From an uncultured delta proteobacterium (lineage in GTDB: Bacteria; Myxococcota_A; Polyangia; Polyangiales; Polyangiaceae): a DNA stretch of 64,000 nucleotides. The DNA is taken from NCBI GenBank assembly GCA_963782055.1, contig CAWAIF010000003.1:3328001-3392000 (forward strand). Reading direction: 5' to 3'. The notes beneath the pieces were generated by a model. That model saw only the letters and a program-made list of their open reading frames with translations. It was not told where the DNA came from and searched no databases. Positions 1-9,458 of this stretch are shown here, one piece after another (within the stretch, counting starts at the first letter, position 1; each line of letters begins with the position of its first letter). A program made the position numbers and the translations under genes.

Positions 1-693
1 GTCCGCGGGCTCGGGCCGGAGGTGCGTGCGCGGCCGCTCTGCGACGACGCGCCGGTGCTGGAGCGCGCGTGGGCGGCGCGCGCCGGGCTCGGCTTCGTCG
101 GCAAGAACGGCATGCTCATCGTCCCGGGCCAGGGGTCCTTCGTGCTGCTCGGGGAGGTCGTCACCACGCTCGAGCTGGAGCCGGACGCGCCGGTGCCGGG
201 CCGCTGCGGGGAGTGCACGGCATGTCTGGACGCGTGCCCGACGGGCGCGCTCGTGCGCCCCTTCGTGCTCGACGCGCGCCGGTGCGTCTCGTACCTGACC
301 ATCGAGCTGCGCGGCCCTGTCCCGGAGTCGCAGCGCGCCGGCGTGGGCGAGCACCTCTTCGGCTGCGACGACTGCCAGACCGTCTGCCCCTTCAACCGCT
401 CGGAACGCCCGCGCGCCGGCGCCACCGCCGCGTTCGCGCCGCACGCACGCTGGGCGGAGACGTCCCTCGAGGACCTCCTCGCCCCGGACCTTTCCGCGCG
501 CTGGCCGGAGCTCGCCCAGGGCAGCCCGCTGCACCGCGCCACCCCGGAGGGCCTCGCCCGCAACGCCGCGATCATCCTCGGCAACACTGGCCAGGGCGAG
601 GAGGCGCTCCGCACCGCCGCGGCCTCCCACCCCTCGCCCGTCGTACGAGACGCCGCCGCCTGGTCCCTCTCGCGCCCGCGCCCTCCGAGATAG
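1..693 (+). CDS. queG: Epoxyqueuosine reductase QueG, C-terminal part (5' end outside the window)
   Basis: Motifs D.APVLERAWAARAGLGFVGKN, GSFVLLGEV, CGECTACLDACPTGA, CVSYLTIE, FGCDDCQTVCPFN (two 4Fe-4S Cys clusters) and HEAT-like tail RNAAIILGN. Frame is open from the window start to TAG at 691-693. Confidence 0.93.
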   Translation, partial: VRGLGPEVRARPLCDDAPVLERAWAARAGLGFVGKNGMLIVPGQGSFVLLGEVVTTLELEPDAPVPGRCGECTACLDACPTGALVRPFVLDARRCVSYLTIELRGPVPESQRAGVGEHLFGCDDCQTVCPFNRSERPRAGATAAFAPHARWAETSLEDLLAPDLSARWPELAQGSPLHRATPEGLARNAAIILGNTGQGEEALRTAAASHPSPVVRDAAAWSLSRPRPPR

Positions 694-830
694 CGTTCTC
701 CCCTTCGCCCTCCGTGTCGCCGCCCGGTAGCCTGGCGACTGGATGGAGTGTCGCCGTCCCGCGGGTCCTGTGGTCGGTCGCCCTCGACGACGACGGCACC
801 GGAGAAGCACGTGCTTCCTCCCTCACTCGC

Positions 831-884
831 CCTGCCACCTGTCCGGGGACACCCCCCCCTGCCACCTGTCCGGGGACACCCCCC
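831..884. repeat. Perfect 2 x 27-bp tandem repeat (CCTGCCACCTGTCCGGGGACACCCCCC), each unit containing the palindrome TGTCC-gg-GGACA
   Basis: Units at 831-857 and 858-884 are identical; partial third copy CCCTGCCAC at 892-900. Confidence 0.9.
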
Positions 885-976
885 AGGGCCACCCTGCCAC
901 CCACGTTTGGAGGCCAGATCGTTAGCGAGCACATGAAAGGCCGCCTAAACGTGTGGGGAGGAGGGGGGGATGGGGG

Positions 977-990
977 GGCATGGGGTGTGC
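977..990 (+). promoter_or_regulatory. Putative sigma54 -24/-12 promoter of MarR-like gene 1
   Basis: GG-CATGGGGTGT-GC (GG-N10-GC), 13 nt before ATG 1004. The same motif and spacing recur at 63371-63384. Confidence 0.6.
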
Positions 991-1003
991 AGTGGGGGGA
1001 GGG

Positions 1004-1510
1004 ATGGATGCCATCATGTTCGGGCTCAAGCGGGCCTATCAGTCGACGCTCACGCTCGGGCGCGCCATCTGCTCCAAGTTCGCGCCGGGGCTCACGCCGG
1101 CGCGGCTCGACATGCTCTACGCGATACACGACAACGCGATGAACTACGTGACGCAGATGAAGCTGCGCCGGCTGCTCGGCGTGTCCCGGCCCACCGTCAG
1201 CCGCATGCTCAAGTCGCTCGAGGGGCTCGGCTGGGTGGAGCGCAGCCCGGGGCCATACCTGGACCGGCGCACCCGCAAGGTGAGGCTCACCGAGCGCGGC
1301 GTCGCGCTGCTCAAGCGCGTGCTCGCCGCCATCCTGGCCACCAGGATGGTGAAGTTCGTCGTCGACGTGTCGCTGACGATGGGGCGATTTTGGGACGCCG
1401 GCCGCTGCCTGGTGGAGCGCGATCGCACCGAGGGCATCCTCCAGCGCATTCGCAGCGACTTCGGAGACACCGCGAGCCTGTACTACCCCTGGGACCACCC
1501 CGACGACTGA
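1004..1510 (+). CDS. MarR-family winged-helix transcriptional regulator (168 aa)
   Basis: GLTPARLDMLYAI...TQMKLRRLLGVSRPTVSRMLKSLEGLGWVER...DRRTRKVRLTERG is a classic MarR wHTH with a DRR wing. Start set at ATG 1004 by alignment with the paralog at 63398. Confidence 0.85.
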   Translation: MDAIMFGLKRAYQSTLTLGRAICSKFAPGLTPARLDMLYAIHDNAMNYVTQMKLRRLLGVSRPTVSRMLKSLEGLGWVERSPGPYLDRRTRKVRLTERGVALLKRVLAAILATRMVKFVVDVSLTMGRFWDAGRCLVERDRTEGILQRIRSDFGDTASLYYPWDHPDD

Positions 1511-1574
1511 GGCGCTCCGGCGTCGTTTCCGTTGCATGGAAACCGGCCTGTTCCCCGTCCAACCGTGGTAAGCC

Positions 1575-2888
1575 ATGCCCATGCAGACTGCACGCATCTC
1601 CGCGCGCGCGGCGTGCGCCGCCGCACTTCTGGCGGTCGCGCTGGGGAGCGCCCCGGCCCACGCACAGGTCTCGGCGGTCGATCCGGCTCGCGCCGCCGCG
1701 CACGCCCACCCGTCGGACGTGAACGCGTCCATCGCCCTAGGCAAGGCCCTGCGCCGAGCCGGCCGCGACCGCGAGGCGCTGGCCGAACTCCGCCGTGGCG
1801 CGAGCACCGTCTCCGGCCGCCGCGGCCCGGGCGCCATCGCGGTCCACTGGGAGATCGCCCGCACGTACATCGCCGAGCGCAACTTCGCGCAGGCCATGGT
1901 CGCCTGCCGCGTCGTCGGTGCGCAGACGGGCGGCGCGGCTGCAGGTCACGCCTGCGCCGCGGAGGCGCACCTGCTCTGGCGCCGCGCGAGCGAGGCGCTC
2001 GGCGAGACGGCGGCCGCGCTCGCCGGCGGCAACAAGTCGTACGACGCGAAGGTCTCGGAGGGCCGCGCCTACGCGCTCCAGCTCAAGGACGCGCAGGCGG
2101 AGGCGTCCTTCCGCGCCGCCATCGGGTGGAAGCCGGACGCGCCGGAGGCGCACCTGTATCTCGGCCGCTTCCTGGTGGACACGCACAAGACCGACCAGGG
2201 CATCCCCGAGCTTCGCAAGGCGGCCCAGCTCGACCCGAGCGGGCCAGAGGCCGCCTACGAGCTCGGACGCGCCCTGGGCGCCACGGCCGATGGGCTCGCC
2301 GCCCTGCAGCGCGCCACGCGCGAGCGCCCCGGCTTCCTGAAGGCGTGGGTGAAGCTGGCGGAGGTCGACCTGGCGCTCGGCAAGACGACCGACGCGCGCG
2401 TCGCCGCGCAGGCCGCGCTCAAGATCGCCGGGCAGGACGCGAGCGCACACATCGTCGTGGGTCGCGTCGACCTGGCCGAGGGCAAGGTCGACGAGGCGCT
2501 CGCCGAGGCGCGCACCGCCCTCGGTGTGCTGGCCAACTCCGCCGGCGCCAAGCTGCTGATGGCCGACGCCTACGCGAAGAAGGGCGAGATCGATCTGGCG
2601 CTGGAGGCCTACCAGGCCGCCGCAAGCTACGACCGCCTGGACCCGGCGCCGCTCGTCCACGCCGCCGAGGCGTGCATCAAGGCGCAGCGACTCACCAGCG
2701 CGCGCGCCTACGCGCAGAAGGTCACGAAGGACTTCGCCGACTGGGGCCCCGGCTGGGTCGCCCTGGGCGACACCCTCGCCGCCGACCACGACCCGGCCGG
2801 CGCGCGCGCCGCGTACACCAAGGCCCTGCAGAGCAAGGGACCGGTGGACGCCGCCGCCGTGCGCGCGAAGCTCGCCCGCCTGCGCTGA
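1575..2888 (+). CDS. Secreted tetratricopeptide-repeat protein
   Basis: Signal peptide ending APAHA, then repeated TPR-like helices (PEAHLYLGRFL, AAYELGRAL, AWVKLAEVDLALGK, GWVALGDTL). Confidence 0.8.
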   Translation: MPMQTARISARAACAAALLAVALGSAPAHAQVSAVDPARAAAHAHPSDVNASIALGKALRRAGRDREALAELRRGASTVSGRRGPGAIAVHWEIARTYIAERNFAQAMVACRVVGAQTGGAAAGHACAAEAHLLWRRASEALGETAAALAGGNKSYDAKVSEGRAYALQLKDAQAEASFRAAIGWKPDAPEAHLYLGRFLVDTHKTDQGIPELRKAAQLDPSGPEAAYELGRALGATADGLAALQRATRERPGFLKAWVKLAEVDLALGKTTDARVAAQAALKIAGQDASAHIVVGRVDLAEGKVDEALAEARTALGVLANSAGAKLLMADAYAKKGEIDLALEAYQAAASYDRLDPAPLVHAAEACIKAQRLTSARAYAQKVTKDFADWGPGWVALGDTLAADHDPAGARAAYTKALQSKGPVDAAAVRAKLARLR

Positions 2889-2938
2889 GCTCGGGCCGGC
2901 GCGCCGCGACGCCCTGGTGTCCCGGACAGAGAGGGGGG

Positions 2939-3961
2939 TCAGGCGTGCAGCCGACGAAAGGCTTCGATGAGGCGTTCGGTCGCCGTGTACGGGTCGATCG
3001 CGCGCGACTCCACCGCCTGCACCGCGGCGTCGAGCTCGGCGGCGAGATCCTCGGTGGCCGCATCGATGAGCGCCTCCCGCAGCGTCTCGCGCACCTCCTC
3101 GGCCAGCCGCGCGTGCTTTCGCGCTCGGCCCGGCGCGGTGCCCACGACCCACTCGCGGTGGCGCTCGAGCGCGGCCACCAGCTCGGCCACGCCCTCGTTG
3201 CGCGTGGCCACGCACCGCACGATGGGCGGGGTCCAGCGCTCCGGCGGGGAACTCCCCGCGTGCAGCCCGGCGGCCTCGCCGTGCACGACGTGCCCCCGCT
3301 GCTTGCCCGCGGCGATCAGCGAGCTCCCGCCGAGCGCGAGCATCAGCTCCAGGTCCCGCACCGTGGCGTCGGCGCCGTCGCGGTCCGCCTTGTTCACGGC
3401 GAAGACGTCGGCCGACTCCATCAGCCCCGCCTTGATCGCCTGCACATCGTCGCCCATGCCGGGCGCCATCACCACCAGCGTCGTGTGGGCGGTGCGCGTG
3501 ATCTCCAGCTCGTCCTGCCCCACGCCCACCGTCTCCACCAGCACCACCTCGCTGCCGAAGGCGTCCAGCACCCGCACCAGATCCCGCGCCGAGCGGGAGA
3601 GGCCACCCAGGTGCCCGCGCGTCGCCACCGAGCGGATGAAGACGCCCGGGTCGGTGGAGTGACGATTCATCCGGATGCGATCCCCCAGGATGGCGCCGCC
3701 CGAGTAGGGGCTCGTCGGGTCCACCGCGACGACGCCCACCGTCTTGCCGGCGGCGCGGTACGCCTCGATGAGCCGGTCGCACAGGGTGGACTTGCCCGCG
3801 CCGGGGTTGCCCGTCACCCCCACGACGAACGCCTTGCCCGTGTAAGGGAAGAGGTCCTTGAGGACCTCCACCGCGAGCGGCACTCGGTCGTCGACGAGGC
3901 GCATGGCGCGCGCGGCAGCCCGAACGTTGCCGTCCAGGATCCGCCGCGCGAGCTCGTGCAT
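2939..3961 (-). CDS. meaB: MeaB/ArgK methylmalonyl-CoA mutase-associated GTPase
   Basis: GVTGNPGAGKSTL, AVDPTSPYSGGAILGDRIRM, FIRSVATRGHLGGLS, ETVGVGQDE, GDDVQAIKAG, NKAD. Confidence 0.92.
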   Translation of the reverse strand: MHELARRILDGNVRAAARAMRLVDDRVPLAVEVLKDLFPYTGKAFVVGVTGNPGAGKSTLCDRLIEAYRAAGKTVGVVAVDPTSPYSGGAILGDRIRMNRHSTDPGVFIRSVATRGHLGGLSRSARDLVRVLDAFGSEVVLVETVGVGQDELEITRTAHTTLVVMAPGMGDDVQAIKAGLMESADVFAVNKADRDGADATVRDLELMLALGGSSLIAAGKQRGHVVHGEAAGLHAGSSPPERWTPPIVRCVATRNEGVAELVAALERHREWVVGTAPGRARKHARLAEEVRETLREALIDAATEDLAAELDAAVQAVESRAIDPYTATERLIEAFRRLHA

Positions 3962-4067
3962 GCGTGCTCTATAACACGGCTGGCGCCGTCGCCTTCACGC
4001 GGCGGCGCTCACTCCGCTCTTGCCGTCGATCGCGATGACCGCGAGCGCGCCCTCCGCGTTGCCGCCT

Positions 4068-5732
4068 TCACCGAAGGCGCTTGTAGCGGTTGATCAGGCC
4101 GTTGGTGGACGCGTCGTGCGAGCTCACCTCCCCCGCGCCCTCCAGCTCCGGGATGATCGCCTTGGCGAGCTGCTTGCCCAGCTCCACCCCCCACTGGTCG
4201 AAGCTGTAGATGTTCCAGACGATCCCCTGCACGAAGATCTTGTGCTCGTACGCGGCGACCAGCTGCCCCAGCACCCGCGGCGTGATCTCCGGCACCATGA
4301 ACGAGCTCGTCGGCCGGTTCCCGGTGAACGTCTTGTGCGGCACCAGCGCCTCGATGCGCTCCTTCGGCGTCCCCGCCTTCTCCAGCTCCGCGCGCACCTC
4401 CTCGCCCGTCTTGCCCTTCATCAGCGCCTCGGTCTGCGCGAAGTAGTTGGCGAGCAGGAGCTCGTGGTGCTTGCCCATCGGGTTGTGCGTCTTGACCGGC
4501 GCGATGAAGTCGCACGGGATGACGCGCGTGCCCTGGTGAATGAGCTGGTAGAAGGCGTGCTGCCCGTTGGTGCCCGGCTCGCCCCAGATGACCGGGCCGG
4601 TGTCGTAGTCGGTGATGCGCCGGCCGGCGCGGTCCACGCCCTTGCCGTTGGACTCCATGTCTCCCTGCTGGAAGTACGCGGGGAAGCGGTGCATGTACTG
4701 GTCGTAGGGGAGGATGGCGTGCGTCTGCGCGTCGAAGAAGTTGGAGTACCAGACCCCCAGCATGCCCATGATGGCCGGGAGGTTCTTCTCCAGCGGGGCC
4801 GCGCGGAAGTGCTCGTCCATTGCGTGGGCGCCGGCGAGCAGCTCCTCGAAGTGGTCCATGCCGACCACGCAGGCGATGGAGAGGCCGATGGCGCTCCAGA
4901 AGGAGTAGCGGCCGCCGACCCAGTCCCAGAAGACGAACATGTTGTCCGGGTCGATGCCGAACTTCTGCACCTCCTTCGCGTTGGTCGAGACCGCGACGAA
5001 GTGCTTGGCGACGGCGTCGTCGCCCGCGCCGAGCTTCTCCAGCAGCCACTTCCGGGCGCTCGTGGCGTTCGTCATCGTCTCCAGGGTGGTGAAGGTCTTG
5101 GAGGCGACGATGAAGAGCGTGGACGCGGGGTCGAGCTCGCGCACCGTCTCCGCGAGGTGGGTGCCGTCCACGTTGGAGACGAAGTGCGCGCGCATGGGCG
5201 ACTCGCCCGGCTTGCGCCCCTGCCAGTACGGTCTGAGCGCCTCGGTCACCATCACCGGGCCGAGGTCCGAGCCGCCGATGCCGATGTTCACCACGTCGGT
5301 GATCCGCTTGCCGGTGTGGCCCTTCCAGTCGCCGGAGCGCAGGCGGTCCGTGAAGCCGCGCATCTTGGCGAGCACCGCGTTCACCTCGGGCATCACGTCC
5401 TTGCCGTCGACCAGGATGGGGCGGTTTCCGCGGTTGCGCAGCGCGACGTGCAGCACCGCGCGGTCCTCGGTGCCGTTCAGCTTCTTGCCCCCGAACATCT
5501 GCCCGATGGCCTCGTGCACCTTCGCCTGGCGGGCCAGGTCGAAGAGCAGCTTCATCGTCTCGGCGGTGACGCGGTGCTTGGAGTAGTCGAGGAAGACGTC
5601 GCCGACCTCGATGGAGAGCGCGTCCGCGCGCTTCGGGTCCTCCGCAAAGAGCGTGCGCATGTGCACGCCGGCCATCTTCTTGTGGTGCTCGGCGAGGGCG
5701 CGCCACGCCGGCGACTCGGTCAGTTCGCTCAT
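4068..5732 (-). CDS. pgi: Glucose-6-phosphate isomerase
   Basis: [75 protein letters not shown] upstream. Confidence 0.97.
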   Translation of the reverse strand: MSELTESPAWRALAEHHKKMAGVHMRTLFAEDPKRADALSIEVGDVFLDYSKHRVTAETMKLLFDLARQAKVHEAIGQMFGGKKLNGTEDRAVLHVALRNRGNRPILVDGKDVMPEVNAVLAKMRGFTDRLRSGDWKGHTGKRITDVVNIGIGGSDLGPVMVTEALRPYWQGRKPGESPMRAHFVSNVDGTHLAETVRELDPASTLFIVASKTFTTLETMTNATSARKWLLEKLGAGDDAVAKHFVAVSTNAKEVQKFGIDPDNMFVFWDWVGGRYSFWSAIGLSIACVVGMDHFEELLAGAHAMDEHFRAAPLEKNLPAIMGMLGVWYSNFFDAQTHAILPYDQYMHRFPAYFQQGDMESNGKGVDRAGRRITDYDTGPVIWGEPGTNGQHAFYQLIHQGTRVIPCDFIAPVKTHNPMGKHHELLLANYFAQTEALMKGKTGEEVRAELEKAGTPKERIEALVPHKTFTGNRPTSSFMVPEITPRVLGQLVAAYEHKIFVQGIVWNIYSFDQWGVELGKQLAKAIIPELEGAGEVSSHDASTNGLINRYKRLR

Positions 5733-5865
5733 CTTGGCCTCCAGTGTTCCCGCCCTCCGGGCGGACCTTGCGGTTTCGTGAAGCAGTTCCCTCCAGGTCG
5801 CAACGCCCGACGCGTAGCGAAGGGCCGCGCGTGCCGCCCCTGCGACCAGGGGGCGCGATGGTAGG

Positions 5866-6667
5866 TCAGCTCGTGGCGCGAGCCCAGGGTCGCGGGCGCG
5901 AGGCCTTTCGCCCCACGTTCTCCGCGTGAAATGCGCTCGGGCACAGATCGTTGACGGGGCAAGTGTCGCACGCGGGCTTGCGCGCGGTGCAGATGCGCCG
6001 CCCGTGGAAGATGAGCACGTGGCTGGTGCGGTCCCACGCCTCGCGCGGGAGCAGCTTCATCAGGTCCTGCTCGATGTCCACCGGGTCGGTGTGCTTCGTC
6101 CAGCCGAGGCGCTGCGCGATGCGCTGCACGTGCGTGTCGACGACGACGCCCTCCGGCGCGCCGAACGCCACGCCCAAGACCACGTTCGCCGTCTTGCGGC
6201 CGACGCCCGGGAGCTTCACCAGCTCGGCGAGCGTGCGCGGGACCTCGCCGCCGTGCGCGTCCACGATGCCGCGGGAGAGCCCGACGATGGACTTCGCCTT
6301 CTGCCGGAAGAAGCCGAGCGTGCTCGTGTAGGGCTCGACGTCCTGGGGCTCGGCGGCGGCGAGGGCGCGCGCGTCGGGGTATTTCGCGAAGAGCGCCGGC
6401 GTCGCCTTGTTGACGTTCACGTCGGTGGTCTGGGCGCTCAGCACCGTGGCGACGAGCAGCTCGAAGGCGCTCCGGTGGTCCAGCTCGCAGTGCGCGTCGG
6501 CGTGGTGCTTCGACAGCCGCTCGAACATGACGAGCGCCGTCTCGCGCGTGACCAGCTTCGGCCCGCGCGCCGCCTTCTTTTCGCTTCGCCGGCTTCGCCG
6601 GCTTCGCCGGGGCGCGCTTCGCCGCCGCCGTCGTCCTCTTCGCGGGCTGCTTCTTCTTCGCGGCCAC
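5866..6667 (-). CDS. nth: Endonuclease III with Lys/Ala/Pro-rich N-terminal tail; single-base frameshift at about 6578-6581 (uninterrupted catalytic ORF 5866-6528)
   Basis: [13 protein letters not shown], Hh[41 protein letters not shown] (4Fe-4S). GTG at 6667 has a GGAG SD and reads [10 protein letters not shown].. in the adjacent frame. Confidence 0.9.
6583..6609. repeat. 3 x 9-bp tandem GCTTCGCCG (Pro-Ala-Lys repeats of the Nth tail)
   Basis: Copies at 6583-6591, 6592-6600 and 6601-6609. Confidence 0.8.
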
Positions 6668-6680
6668 GGGCGCGCTCCGT

Positions 6681-9332
6681 TCAGTTCAGGTCCTCCGGCG
6701 GGGGCGGCACGCTCTCGCCGGCGGGGGGGGTGCTCTCGCCGGGGGGCGCCTCGCTGCCGCCGTCGCCGTCGCGCTCGGCCAGCCGCTCCACACCGACGAC
6801 GCGCTCGTCGTCCTCCACGTTCATGATCCGGACGCCCTGCGCGTTGCGGCCGGTCTCCCGGATCTCCGCGACGCCGGTCCGCAGGGTCTGGCCGCGGTCG
6901 GTGATGAGCATGACCTCGTCGCTCTCCGCCACCAGCTTCACGTCCACCACCGGCCCGTTGCGCTCGCTCGCGTCGATCAGGATGATGCCCTTGCCGCCGC
7001 GGTGCTGGACGCGGAACTCGTCGATGAGCGTGCGCTTGCCGTAGCCCTTCTCGCAGACCGCGAGCACGTACGGGCGCTCCGGGTCGGTCACCGCCAGGCC
7101 GACGACCTGGTCCTCCCCGGCGAGCTCGATGCCCTTCACGCCGACCGTGGCGCGGCCCATCGCGCGGACCTGCTCCTCGTGGAAGCGGATGGACTGGCCG
7201 AGCTTGGTGGCGATGAGCAGGTCGCGCGAGCCGTCGGTCAGCGCGGCGGAGAGCAGGGCGTCGCCGTCCTCGATCTTGACGCCGATGATGCCCTTCTCCC
7301 GGAAGTTCTCGTAGCCGTCCAGCTCGGTCTTCTTGATCTGGCCGCGCCGCGTGAGGGTGACGACGTACTTGCCCTTCTCAATCTTGGGCACCTCCACGAT
7401 GGCGGCGACCTTCTCCCCCGGCTCCATCCCGACGAAGTTGACGATCGCCCGGCCCTTGCTCTGCCGCGTGGCCTGCGGGATCTCGTAGACCTTCTTGACG
7501 TAGACCTTCCCGCGGTCGCTGAAGAAGAAGACGTAGGCGTGCGTCGAGGCGATGAAGAGCTGGGTGACCCAGTCCTCCTCGCGCGCCTCCATGCCGATGC
7601 GCCCCTTGCCGCCGCGCTTCTGCGCGCGGTACGTGCTCGTGGAGGTGCGCTTGATGTACCCGGCGTGGGAGATGGTGACGACCATGTCCTCTTCCTGGAT
7701 CAGGTCCTCCTCGTGGATCTCCGCCTCCGTCGCCACGATCTCGGTCCGGCGCTTGTCGGCGTACTTCTGCCGCACCTCCTCGAGCTCCATGACGATGACG
7801 TTCTTGAGCACCTCCTCGTCGGCGAGGATGCCGCGCAGGCGCGCGATCTCGGCGCACAGCTCGCCGTACTCGGCCGCGAGCTTCTCGCCCTCCAGCCCGG
7901 TGAGGCGGGAGAGGCGCATCTCCAGGATGGCCTTCGCTTGCCGCTCCGAGAGCGTGTAGGGGGTGCGCTTCTTGGCGACCTCGATCTCCGAGTCGGGGCG
8001 CCCGGCGCGGCGGACGAAGGCCTCCAGGCCCTTCAGCGGCAGCGCCATCAAGCGGCCGCGCGCCTCCTCCGCGTCCTTCGACTCGCGGATGGTCTTGATG
8101 ACCAGGTCCACCTCGGTGATGGCCATCCCGAGGCCCTCGACAATCTCCCGCTGGGCCTCCGCCTGGCGCAGCTCGAAGCGGGTGCGGCGAGTGACGACGT
8201 CGCGTCGGTGCTCGACGAAGCAGGCCAGCGTCTCCTTGAGGTCGAGGGTGCGCGGGCGCCCGCCGACGATGGCGAGGTTGATCACGCCGAAGCTCGTCTG
8301 CAGCTCGGTCATCCGGTAGAGCTGGTTGATGACGACCTGCGCGAGGGCGTCCTTCTTCAGCTTGACGACGATGCGGATGTTCTCCTCGCGGTCGGACTCG
8401 TCGACGACGCCCTCGCGCCCCTCGACGATGCCGGCGATGCGCTTCTCCGAGCGCAGCTCGTCGATCTTGGAGATGAGCTTCGCCTTGTTCACCTGGTAGG
8501 GGATGGCGGTCACCACGAGCTGCTCGCGGTCCGCGCCCGCGCCTTGCTGCGGCTCCACCTTGATGGCGGCGCGCATGATGATCGACCCGCGCCCGGTGCG
8601 GTACGCCTGCTCGATGCCCGTGCGGCCGTAGATGAGCGCGCCGGTGGGGAAGTCCGGGCCGGGGACGAAGCGGATGACGTCGTCGATGGTGCAGTCGGGG
8701 TTCTTGATGAGGTGGATCGTCGCGTCCACCACCTCCCCCAGGTTGTGCGGGGGGATGTTGGTCGCCATGCCGACGGCGATGCCGCCCGTGCCGTTGATGA
8801 GCAGGTTGGGCACGCGCGCCGGCAGCACGACCGGCTCCATGTGCTGCTCGTCGAAGTTGGGGACGAAGTCGACGCAGTCCTTCTCGATGTCGCTGAGGAG
8901 CTCCATCGCGATCTTGGCGAGGCGCGCCTCGGTGTAGCGGTAGGCGGCCGCCGGGTCGCCGTCGACGGAGCCGTAGTTGCCCTGCCCGTCGATGAGCGGG
9001 TAGCGCATCGAGAAGTCCTGCGCGAGGCGGACCATCGCGTCGTAGACGCTGGCGTCGCCGTGCGGGTGGTACTTGCCGAGCACGTCGCCGACGATGGTCG
9101 CGCTCTTGCGGTACTTGGACGTCGGGAGCAGACCCGCCTGGTAGGCCGCGTACAGGATGCGCCGGTGCACGGGCTTCAGGCCGTCGCGCACGTCGGGGAT
9201 GGCGCGGCCGATGATCACGCTCATCGCGTAATCGAGGTAGCTCGTGCGCATCTCGTCGGAGATGCTGACGGGGATCTTGTTGTTGTGATTGGGGCCCTGC
9301 GGGCCCTGACCCTGAGGCGTGTCGGTGGACAT
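6681..9332 (-). CDS. gyrA: DNA gyrase subunit A
   Basis: [38 protein letters not shown], catalytic RYTEARL, GyrA-box QKRGGKG, C-terminal beta-pinwheel repeats. Confidence 0.97.
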   Translation of the reverse strand: MSTDTPQGQGPQGPNHNNKIPVSISDEMRTSYLDYAMSVIIGRAIPDVRDGLKPVHRRILYAAYQAGLLPTSKYRKSATIVGDVLGKYHPHGDASVYDAMVRLAQDFSMRYPLIDGQGNYGSVDGDPAAAYRYTEARLAKIAMELLSDIEKDCVDFVPNFDEQHMEPVVLPARVPNLLINGTGGIAVGMATNIPPHNLGEVVDATIHLIKNPDCTIDDVIRFVPGPDFPTGALIYGRTGIEQAYRTGRGSIIMRAAIKVEPQQGAGADREQLVVTAIPYQVNKAKLISKIDELRSEKRIAGIVEGREGVVDESDREENIRIVVKLKKDALAQVVINQLYRMTELQTSFGVINLAIVGGRPRTLDLKETLACFVEHRRDVVTRRTRFELRQAEAQREIVEGLGMAITEVDLVIKTIRESKDAEEARGRLMALPLKGLEAFVRRAGRPDSEIEVAKKRTPYTLSERQAKAILEMRLSRLTGLEGEKLAAEYGELCAEIARLRGILADEEVLKNVIVMELEEVRQKYADKRRTEIVATEAEIHEEDLIQEEDMVVTISHAGYIKRTSTSTYRAQKRGGKGRIGMEAREEDWVTQLFIASTHAYVFFFSDRGKVYVKKVYEIPQATRQSKGRAIVNFVGMEPGEKVAAIVEVPKIEKGKYVVTLTRRGQIKKTELDGYENFREKGIIGVKIEDGDALLSAALTDGSRDLLIATKLGQSIRFHEEQVRAMGRATVGVKGIELAGEDQVVGLAVTDPERPYVLAVCEKGYGKRTLIDEFRVQHRGGKGIILIDASERNGPVVDVKLVAESDEVMLITDRGQTLRTGVAEIRETGRNAQGVRIMNVEDDERVVGVERLAERDGDGGSEAPPGESTPPAGESVPPPPEDLN

Positions 9333-9458
9333 GGGATGGGTTCGGCGTTGCGCGCGAGGGGGCGCCCGCGGAGCGGACAGGGTGTCTACTACACGCGGGG
9401 CCGAGGGGCTACGGCCCAGGCGGTCGCGGCCGCATCCGCGCGGCGGGGCGCCGGGCCG

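Noticed and set aside
831..900. 27-bp direct repeats as a CRISPR array
   Set aside because: Only two adjacent units with no spacers, and no cas genes in the window.
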